From Terriglobia bacterium (lineage in GTDB: Bacteria; Acidobacteriota; Terriglobia; 2-12-FULL-54-10), in assembly GCA_963666975.2 (NCBI GenBank), contig CAXVYR010000004.1, positions 896,001-960,000 on the forward strand: 64,000 nucleotides of DNA, read 5' to 3'. The position numbers and the translations under genes are program-made. The notes beneath the pieces were generated by a model. That model made no database searches and had not been told where the DNA came from. It saw nothing but the letters and a program-made list of their open reading frames with translations. This document shows, one piece after another, positions 10,970 to 19,394 of this stretch (position 1 is the first letter of the stretch; each line of letters opens with the position of its first letter).

Positions 10970-11425
10970 ATGGACGGAATGGTCGAGAGGATTTTCATCG
11001 CTTCCGTTGGTGGGGCGCGCATGGAGGCAGTAGAAGAGGTGAAAGCGCAGGCCGGGTGCGGGCTACGCGGCGACCGCTATTGCAGCCGGACCGGCTACTG
11101 GACCGGAGTGGATGAGTGTCAAATAACGCTGATCGAATCGGAAGACCTGGAGCAAATCCTCTCGAAAACCGGCATCCGGGTCGCGAACGGCGAACACCGG
11201 CGCAATCTGGTGACGCGCAACGTCCGGCTGGAGGCGCTGGCGGGCAAGCGGTTCCGGATCGGAGAAGCCATCTTCGAGTTTGACCGGCCGCGACCGCCTT
11301 GCAAGTATATCGAATCGATCACCGAGCCGGGAATGACCCGCGCGCTTGGCCGTAATGGCGGAATCTGCGTCCGCGTCGTCCAGTCCGGTGTAATCCGCGC
11401 ACAGGACCCGATCGTGGTTTTATAG
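10970..11425 (+). CDS. MOSC-domain protein
   Basis: GLRGDRY, RRNLVT, PRPPC motifs; start chosen by RBS. Confidence 0.85.
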   Translation: MDGMVERIFIASVGGARMEAVEEVKAQAGCGLRGDRYCSRTGYWTGVDECQITLIESEDLEQILSKTGIRVANGEHRRNLVTRNVRLEALAGKRFRIGEAIFEFDRPRPPCKYIESITEPGMTRALGRNGGICVRVVQSGVIRAQDPIVVL

Positions 11426-11476
11426 AACACGGGATTTCAGCAGGCCTGCGGGACTGCTGCGAGGAGAGCTCCATCA

Positions 11477-11881
11477 ATGAAAAATAAGATTGCCAAATCC
11501 GAGCAGGAATGGAAAAACCAGCTTACGCCCGAGCAGTTCCATGTATGCAGGAAAAAGGGAACGGAACCCCCCTTTGCCGGCGAGTACAACGCCTGCAAAG
11601 AGAACGGAATCTACCATTGTGTCTGCTGCGGCAACGAGCTGTTCAGCTCGGAAAAGAAGTTCGATTCCGGAACCGGCTGGCCGAGCTTCTGGGAACCCGC
11701 CGGCGCGGAGAACGTGAAACCCGAATCCGACCGGAGCCTGGGGGTCGAGCGAACGGAGGTGCTGTGCAGCGCCTGCGACGCCCACCTCGGACACGTATTC
11801 GAGGACGGCCCGCCGCCTACTGGGCTTCGCTACTGCATCAATTCCGTAGCCCTGAAGCTCAAACCGCGTCTTGCAGATTGA
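11477..11881 (+). CDS. msrB: Peptide methionine sulfoxide reductase B
   Basis: [33 protein letters not shown]. Confidence 0.97.
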   Translation: MKNKIAKSEQEWKNQLTPEQFHVCRKKGTEPPFAGEYNACKENGIYHCVCCGNELFSSEKKFDSGTGWPSFWEPAGAENVKPESDRSLGVERTEVLCSACDAHLGHVFEDGPPPTGLRYCINSVALKLKPRLAD

Positions 11882-12156
11882 CAAGCGCGAACGGCTTTCC
11901 GAAAGGTCAATGCAGTTTGCATTTCTCCGGTGGCCCGGCTATGCTACCCCCTGTATAAACACGCGATGAATCCGTTTCACGCACTTGCTGGTTTTTTTGG
12001 TCAAAACGCCTGCTGTGACCCACTTGCTTCATCAATTAAGCCTCCCGCTCTCATATTCCCTCTTGAGACTTCTAGGTCGGCAGAAATTGACCGTACCGAC
12101 GATCTAAAAAACGTCCATCCGTTCCCAACACGGATTTTCGATGCCTCGACCGAGCA

Positions 12157-12313
12157 TTTGCGGGCTGGCGCCGGGCTTTGTGGGGCTGTATCAGGTGAAC
12201 GTGGAGGTTCCCCAAGGCGTCACTCCCGGCCCGGCGGTTGCCTTGATGCTCACCATCTGATGCTTACCATCAACGGCGTCCCCTCCAATACCGTGACTAT
12301 TGCGGTCGAGTAA
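12157..12313 (+). pseudogene. Orphan TIGR03437-type C-terminal remnant
   Basis: GLAPGFVGLYQVNVEVP...NGVPSNTVTIAVE*, broken by a 14-bp tandem duplication at 12244-12271. Confidence 0.8.
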
Positions 12314-12452
12314 TTTCTGGCGGCGGGTTGAGCACGCTGGTTTCCTAAACCAGGCAGGATTATGCTCCGGCCGTCTTCGCCGGGCCGTTTTGTAGCTTGG
12401 AATCTGCCTCGGCTTGACAGCCCTGGGCTACCCGTGCGAAAGTGTCGGCATT

Positions 12453-14440
12453 ATGCGGACTTGCTTTCTCTCTTCGGCCTGGCATCGCAACGTCCTGAAA
12501 GGGTTCGCGATACTTTTTCTCGCGCCGCTAAGCGGGCTGGCGCAAGCACCGTCGCTGGTGGATATCCCGGACGCGCTGTCTTTTTTCCACCAATTACCCC
12601 CCATCGGCATTCCAGAAAATGTTCCGATCCTTCAGACTTTTACCGTCAGTACGAGCAATGGAGCAGCGCTGAGTTTTACGGCCACGGCCTCCGTAACGAC
12701 ACCAGCGGGCGCCAACTGGCTGTCGGTGAGCCCAACCGCTGGCACCACGCCGACAGAGATGACTGTATCGGTCAACCCGACCGGCTTGGCGCCGGATAGC
12801 TGTGTTTGTAATTCTAATACTCGTACTTATACCGGGACAATCACAATCTCCGCACCAGGGGCGAGCAACAGTCCGCAAACGGTGCAGGTTACCGTGGACG
12901 TAAGGGGACTTCGGCAGCTAATAGTCAGTCAGAACGTACTGTCATTTGGCGCCACAGTGGGCGGTGGAGCGCCACCCCAGGACATTACACTCTTAGTTAC
13001 CGGAGCCCATCCCGGGCCGCTTCTCTTTACGACCGCTGTCATCACGCTGGATGGAGGGGACTGGCTGGCGGTGTCGCCGGCGACAGGGACCGCCCCGACC
13101 GCCCCGGGTGGGCTCACTATATCCATCAACCCCCCGGCAGACATTCCGGAAGGGTCTTACGCAGGCTCGATCTCGATCCGGGACACTAACCCGAACTCTC
13201 TCCCATTACTCGTGCAGGTTCCTCTCACAATGAGCGCCACACCGGTCATTGCGCCGGAGATAGCCCTGATACCTAGCTCCCTCCAGTTCGTCCCCAATTT
13301 AGGCTCCAGTCCACCGGCCCAAAGCTTCCAGGTACAGAATACCGGCAGCGGGGGGGTGGGCTGGACAGCCACCGTGGACACACAGTCAGGCGGCGATTGG
13401 CTCTCGGCGAGCCCCGCTACCGATGTGGCCCCCTCCTCACGGTGAACTCGGCCGACCTGCCCGTAGCAACCTATTCCGGCACGATTACAATTGCTGCACT
13501 GCCCAGCGTCAACGCGAGCAATAGCCCGCAGGTGCTGACCGTAACGTTGGCGGTGGGAGCGCCCGCCCCCTCCACACTTACCGTCACGGTGAACTCGGCC
13601 GACCTGCCCGTAGCAACCTATTCCGGCACGATTACAATTGCTGCACTGCCCAGCGTCAACGCGAGCAATAGCCCGCAGGTGCTGACCGTAACGTTGGCGG
13701 TGGGAGCGCCCGCAATTGGGCAAGACGGGGTGGTCAACGGCGCCAGCTTCTCCAAAGAGGCGGTGGTCAGCCCGGCTTCGATCGCCTCCTTATTCGGCGT
13801 CAACCTGGCCACGACGACAGAGCTTGCCGCCGAGTTCCCTTTGCCCACCACCCTGGCCGACACGCAGGTGCTGGTGAACGAGATCCCCGTGCCACTATTC
13901 TTTGTTTCTCCAACGCAGATCAACTTCCAAATGCCGTCTGAGGTGTCCGGACCCACCGTGCAGGCGGTGGTGGTGTCAAACCGTGTGCGCGGGCTGACGG
14001 CGACGGTGAACGTCGCGCCGGAGGTTCCGGGCATCTTCACTGCCACGCCCGGCGGAACGGGACAGGGGGCGGTGCTGCTGGCGAATTCCGATGTGATCGC
14101 GGCTCCCGTTGGAAGCATACCGGACCGTACATCCCAGCCGGTCAGCCGGGGAGATTTCATTTCCATCTTCGCCACCGGGCTGGGGGAGACCAACCCACCC
14201 GTGGAGACGGGCGAGCCCGGAGCCAGCACTTCACCGTTCAACGAGACGACGATGACGCCGGTGGTGCTGATCGGGGGCATCGCCGCCGAAGTGCCGTTTT
14301 CGGCCATGGCTCCCGGCTTCGTGGGGCTTTATCAGGTGAACGTCCGAATACCGGAAGCAGCGCCGGTGGGCGACGCCGTTTCGCTCCAGATCCAAATCGG
14401 CGGGCAGAGCAGCAATACGGCCACCATCGCGGTGCAATGA
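12453..14440 (+). pseudogene. BACON-like repeat / TIGR03437-family surface protein, frameshifted near 13436
   Basis: Repeated WLxVSPxxGxxP modules; VVNGAS, FVSPTQINFQ, APGFVGLYQVN; split across two frames. Confidence 0.8.
13437..13713. repeat. 130-bp identical direct repeat (13437-13566, 13584-13713)
   Basis: Direct comparison; 147-bp period. Confidence 0.95.
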
Positions 14441-14487
14441 TCTCTGAAACCGCGCGGCTCTGACGATACACGAACTGTGAAATCCTG

Positions 14488-17400
14488 TTAAAACTCGATT
14501 CGCAGAAGAAATTGCAACTGGCGGGCTGTCTCGTTGAACGGGGTCACCGCCGGGAAGCCCGTATCCCGCCCCTGGCGGCCGAACAGGGCCAGACCGAACG
14601 TCTCCGAAGTAAAAAAAGAATCCGGATTATTCAGATTGGCGTGGTTGAGGACGTTGAAGGCGTCCGCCCGGAAGGTCAGGCGGCCCGCCTCGCCGAGCCA
14701 GGGCAGGCGGAAGGAACGGCTCAGCGAAAGGTCAATATTGAAGAGCCCAGGACCGCGAAAGGCGTTCCGCCCGGAGTTGCCGAGCGTCCCGGCGGCGGGC
14801 TCGCGGAAAGCGGCCGCGTTCAGCAGTTGCTGTCCGCCGTCAGCGACGGTTTCTCCGGCGTCGGCGCGCGCCGGGTCGATCAAGTCAGCGCGGTTGTTGA
14901 TGACCAGCTCCCCGTCAAAAGAAAACCGGATCGGAGCCCTGACCGTGAAAGGAAAGCCGGAGCGGAAGGCCGCCATCTGGGAGAATTGCCAGTCGCGGAA
15001 CAGCACGCCGGCCTGGGAGGAAGAGAACAGGTCCGGCAAATCCCAGATGGAGAGGATCACCAAGTTGTGCCGCTGGTCAAAATCGGAGTTGCCGCGGTCG
15101 CCCCGTCCGTCGAACTGCCGCGCAAAGGCCGCCGTCGTGCTTCCGCCCGCGCCGCTGCTGACCCGCGTAAAGCTGAGGTCGAAGAAGTCCCCGGCCAGCG
15201 GTTCGCTTTGAATATCGATGGTGCGGCTCCAGGTGTAGGCAACCTGCAACTGGCTGCTCCTGCCCCGGTGGCGGAGCCTCGCGGTCAGCGCGTTGTAGTT
15301 GGAGGTGCCCTGATTCGCCCTGTAGGAGAGCCGGCCCAGGTTGGGGTTGAATCTGCCGAACGGGTTTTTCAGGAAATTGTCCGGGTCAATCGGCACGCTG
15401 AATTCCCGGTTGACGATGTCGGTTGTAATCAATTTCCGTCCGAGCGATCCCAGGCCGTTCACCTCCAGGGTCAGCGTCTCACCTAATTCATGCTGCAAGC
15501 CTAAGAAGTAACTCTGGACGTAGGCGTTGCGCAGCTCGGGCTGATATGCGGTGATCTGCGGGAAGTCCTGGGCAAAGGAGCTGCCCTCGAAGCCGGGCAG
15601 CAGGCTGGAGACGGGCTGGAGATAATCGGTTGACGCTGCCCTTAAGCGAAACGATCCCAGGACCGTGTTGTTGGCCCGGAGATTTTGCCACAGGTTGTCG
15701 AAGGGACGGTCATAAAAGATACCGTAGGAGCCCCGCAGCACGGTTCCAGCGTTCTCCCGCAGGCTGTAGGAAAAACCGAAGCGTCCGGCCCAGTCGTTGC
15801 TGTCGGACTGGTATAGCTGCTGGTCCCCGCCTTGCGGGAACGTCAGGCTGGCCGATGCCAGCCTTTGGGGGAACGAGTCGCCCCCGCCCAGCTCCACGAT
15901 GCCGTCTTTGACGGACCCCGTGTTTCGGGGAGCGCCGAAGTTCTCATAACGGATGCCGAAGTTCAAAACCAGCCGGGGAGTCAGCTTAAAGCTGTCCTGC
16001 GCAAAAAAGAAGAACTGGTTGTTGCTGTATTCGCGGTCATATTCGGGGGTCGCCAAATTCGGCAGGTTTTCCCTCGAGACGGAAGCCGCCATAAAACCGG
16101 GGCGGTCGAGCGCGAAGCTGATGATGTCGCTGAACAGAACGAGCGGGTCGCGGCCCGCCGTCAGGAAGCCGTCGACGCGGCGCAGCAGCAGACCGCCGCC
16201 CGCCTTGATGATGTGCCTGCCGTGGGTCCACAGCAGGTTGTCGATCAACTCCCAGCTTCTGCTTCGGTTGCTGTACTCGTAAAAAACCGGGCTGCCTGGA
16301 AGCGAGGTCCCATCGCCGGAGGCCAGGGTGGGGATTTGCGGCTGCGGCCGGTCCCAGCCCAGGTCGTCCGAGTTCCAGCCGAATTTCGCTTCATTGACCA
16401 GGTTGGGACGCAGCGAACTGATGGCGCGGAAGGCGAGGCTGATGGTGTTCTGGCTCAGCGGAGAAATAAAGTCCTCGTAAGGCGACCAGACGAAGTCCGG
16501 ACGGTCAAGCTTCGACAGGGCCAGCCGTGCCATCAGCCGGTGGGTTCCGTCAACCGACTGGTAGTCGACGCGGGGCAGCGCGAGATAGCGATTCACCGAA
16601 ACCGGAGGGGCGATGTTCGTTTTGGCCGTGAAAAGATTCCGGTCGCTTACCTCGGGCGCCGGAAACTGCTCCAGCAGTTGCCGGGCAATGCTGTTGGGAG
16701 CGGTGAAGGCCAGAAACGCCGGAGTGGGAAGCTGGAATTCCAGAGTATCTCCGCGGCTGCGGCTCCGCCGGTACTCGAAGGAGCCTGAGGCAAACAGGGA
16801 CCCGGCGCGGAGAGGGCCACCCACCGAAAATCCAATGTGCGATTCCTTGGCGGGAACGCGCGGCAGGCCTTCCAGATTCTTTTGAAAATCGTTGGCGTTG
16901 AGCGCCTCGTTTTTCAGGTAGTAGTAGCCGAGGCCATGCAACTGGCCGCCGCCGGAACGCGTCACGGCGTTGGCCAGAAATCCAGAGGTTCGCCCGTACT
17001 CGGCGGAGAAATTGTTGGTGGAGACCCGGTACTCTTGCACCGCTTCCGGAGCGACGGCGGTCAAAGGTCCGGTCACCAGAAAGTTGTTGTTCTGCAATCC
17101 GTCCAGCAGGAAGTTCGAAGCGGAAGGCCGCTGCCCGTTAACCGACAGCCCCAGCCCCCGCGCCGTGGCCGTATCGGCGGTGACGCCGGGCTGTGTGACC
17201 AGCATGGTATAGACGTCGCGGCCTGCCAGCGGCAACTCTCTCACCTGCGCCGGGTCAATCACATGCGAGACCGTCGATTCCAGCCCGCCGCCGGTTCCGC
17301 GCCTGCCTTCCATCAGGCTAGAATGCGTGGTGTCCACGTCCGGCCCAAAGAAGGTCAGGACCGTCCGGGTGCCGGGCAGGAACACGCTGCGATATTGCCC

Positions 17401-17769
17401 TCCTTCCCATACGTCCGCCACGGGACGAAGGCGGAAGTTCACGTCGAGAAACGCGGCCACCGACAGTTCCAACTCTTGCAGCTCCTGAGCTTGATAGCGG
17501 TCTGCGGTCACGCGAATGCGGTAGTTGCCGGGCGGCAGAAGAGGAAGAAAATAAAAGCCAAAGGGGCTGGTGAGGGCGGTGCCGGTGGTGTTGGTGGCCA
17601 GGCTCAGGTAGGTCACACGGGCGTTGGGGATCGGATTGCCATCCTCCATGTCCACAACCTGCCCGGAGATCAAACCCTGAGTCGTCTGTGCCCGGCTAAT
17701 CGTGGTTAAAGAGAGAAACACCAGAAAACAGAATAACGCTCGCCGAAAATAAGAGGGTGTCCCATACAT
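14488..17769 (-). CDS. Oar-like TonB-dependent receptor with carboxypeptidase-regulatory N-domain; 5' end hit by IS256
   Basis: Signal peptide, NGQRPSASNFLLDG, FSAEYGR, terminal Phe; native start at 19223 lies beyond the IS. Confidence 0.9.
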   Translation of the reverse strand: MYGTPSYFRRALFCFLVFLSLTTISRAQTTQGLISGQVVDMEDGNPIPNARVTYLSLATNTTGTALTSPFGFYFLPLLPPGNYRIRVTADRYQAQELQELELSVAAFLDVNFRLRPVADVWEGGQYRSVFLPGTRTVLTFFGPDVDTTHSSLMEGRRGTGGGLESTVSHVIDPAQVRELPLAGRDVYTMLVTQPGVTADTATARGLGLSVNGQRPSASNFLLDGLQNNNFLVTGPLTAVAPEAVQEYRVSTNNFSAEYGRTSGFLANAVTRSGGGQLHGLGYYYLKNEALNANDFQKNLEGLPRVPAKESHIGFSVGGPLRAGSLFASGSFEYRRSRSRGDTLEFQLPTPAFLAFTAPNSIARQLLEQFPAPEVSDRNLFTAKTNIAPPVSVNRYLALPRVDYQSVDGTHRLMARLALSKLDRPDFVWSPYEDFISPLSQNTISLAFRAISSLRPNLVNEAKFGWNSDDLGWDRPQPQIPTLASGDGTSLPGSPVFYEYSNRSRSWELIDNLLWTHGRHIIKAGGGLLLRRVDGFLTAGRDPLVLFSDIISFALDRPGFMAASVSRENLPNLATPEYDREYSNNQFFFFAQDSFKLTPRLVLNFGIRYENFGAPRNTGSVKDGIVELGGGDSFPQRLASASLTFPQGGDQQLYQSDSNDWAGRFGFSYSLRENAGTVLRGSYGIFYDRPFDNLWQNLRANNTVLGSFRLRAASTDYLQPVSSLLPGFEGSSFAQDFPQITAYQPELRNAYVQSYFLGLQHELGETLTLEVNGLGSLGRKLITTDIVNREFSVPIDPDNFLKNPFGRFNPNLGRLSYRANQGTSNYNALTARLRHRGRSSQLQVAYTWSRTIDIQSEPLAGDFFDLSFTRVSSGAGGSTTAAFARQFDGRGDRGNSDFDQRHNLVILSIWDLPDLFSSSQAGVLFRDWQFSQMAAFRSGFPFTVRAPIRFSFDGELVINNRADLIDPARADAGETVADGGQQLLNAAAFREPAAGTLGNSGRNAFRGPGLFNIDLSLSRSFRLPWLGEAGRLTFRADAFNVLNHANLNNPDSFFTSETFGLALFGRQGRDTGFPAVTPFNETARQLQFLLRIEF

Positions 17770-19201
17770 AGTTGAAGGTTGAACGGCGGTTCGGCCCGAA
17801 TCGAATAGAATCGGGCCAAGCCTAAATCCTATAGAAGGAGAACCGCCGAATGAAGGGAAAATATCACGTTTTGGAACTGGGTTCCAAGGGAGCCGAAGAA
17901 ACCATCCAGAAGTTTTGCCAAACCAACGGACAGATGCTGTTGCCGGTGGTGGATCTGATCACGGAGGCGCGTCTGGCGGTGGATGAGGTGATTGATCGGG
18001 CCGGGCGAGGTTTGATTGAAACGATTCTGAGCATGAGCGCAGAGCAAATCGCGGGGCCAAAGAGTCCCGGGAAGGCGAGCGGAGAGGTGCGCTGGCATGG
18101 CCGGCAATTGGGGAGGGTGAAACTGGCCGATCGCCAGCTGCGGGTGGAGCGGCCCCGGCTGCGCCGGAAGGGCGGAGGGGAAGAAGCGGTGCCGGCCTAC
18201 GAAGCACTGCGGAAAAGCGAGAAGACGGGCGAGGAGATGTTCGAGGCACTGTTGAAAGGGGTTTCGACGCGGAACTACCGCGAGGTGATCCCGGAGATGG
18301 CCAACAGCGCTGGGGTGTCGAAGTCTCAGGTGAGCCGGGAAGCGGCCGAGCAAGGAGCGCGGCGGCTGGAAGAACTGTTGGCGCGGCGCTGGGAGGAGGT
18401 CGAGATTCTGGTGATTTACCTGGACGGAATGCGGTTCGGCTCCCACCACGTCATCAGCGCCGTGGGCGTGGACATCGAGGGCCGCAAGCATGTGCTGGGG
18501 ATTCAACTGGGCGCGACCGAAAACGCCGCTGCGGTGAAAGACCTTCTCACCCGCCTGCGCCAGCAAGGTTTGCGCACGGATCAGCGCTATCTGTTTGTGA
18601 TCGACGGCGCCAAAGCGCTCCGCGCGGGGATCGAGGAAGTATTCGGCAGCAATCAGCTGGTGCAGCGTTGCCGTACTCATAAGCTGCGCAACGTGGCTGA
18701 GCGGTTACCAAAGGGCGACAAAATGCTGGCGAATCAGGTGCGGTCGCTGATGCGCGCCGCCTGGCGATTGCCCCAAGCCGAGGAAGGCATCGTGCGCATA
18801 AAAAAGCTCGCTGGGATGATCGAGTGCGATCATCCGGCAGCAGCCGCCAGCTTGCGCGAAGGGTTGGAGGAGACCTTTACGATCAATCGAGCCGACGTTC
18901 CTCCCAGCCTCCACCGCTGCCTGGCAACCACGAACCTCATCGAGAGCCCGCAGTCGGGCGTGCGGAAAAAGACTGGCAATGTTTGCCGCTGGCGCGACGG
19001 CGAGATGACGTTGCGCTGGGTGGCAGGAGCGTTTCTGCTGACCGAGAAGAATTTCCGGAAGATCATGGGTTATCACGATCTCTGGGCTTTGGCATCGATT
19101 CTCGGCCGAAGTCCAAACGCTGCTTCCTCTCACAAGGAGAAAGTGGCGTAATATGAACTCAACCCGCCGTCCCAACCTGCAACTGAGTTTGGGACACCTT
19201 C
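17753..19201 (+). mobile_element. IS256-family insertion sequence
   Basis: Imperfect IRs gagggtgtcccatacatagttgaaggttg / rc gaaggtgtcccaaactcagttgcaggttg; 8-bp TSD gaaaataa (17745-17752, 19202-19209). Confidence 0.93.
17850..19151 (+). CDS. IS256-family transposase
   Basis: GVSTR, IYLDG, VIDGAKAL, QRCRTHK, TTNLIES. Confidence 0.95.
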   Translation: MKGKYHVLELGSKGAEETIQKFCQTNGQMLLPVVDLITEARLAVDEVIDRAGRGLIETILSMSAEQIAGPKSPGKASGEVRWHGRQLGRVKLADRQLRVERPRLRRKGGGEEAVPAYEALRKSEKTGEEMFEALLKGVSTRNYREVIPEMANSAGVSKSQVSREAAEQGARRLEELLARRWEEVEILVIYLDGMRFGSHHVISAVGVDIEGRKHVLGIQLGATENAAAVKDLLTRLRQQGLRTDQRYLFVIDGAKALRAGIEEVFGSNQLVQRCRTHKLRNVAERLPKGDKMLANQVRSLMRAAWRLPQAEEGIVRIKKLAGMIECDHPAAAASLREGLEETFTINRADVPPSLHRCLATTNLIESPQSGVRKKTGNVCRWRDGEMTLRWVAGAFLLTEKNFRKIMGYHDLWALASILGRSPNAASSHKEKVA

Positions 19202-19394
19202 GAAAATAAAGCAGCTTTGCCATAAATACCATTTAAGTTTACCTTCGGCAGGCCGAAATGCAAACATAAGGACGCGGATTCGGAGGCACACATTTGTAAC
19301 CTGTTCCTAGTACCCTATGGTGAACCCGGGACTAGAAAAATTTGTTACCAAAGTACTATATGCAAGAATGCGTTGCGGGATTTATAATAGTGCC

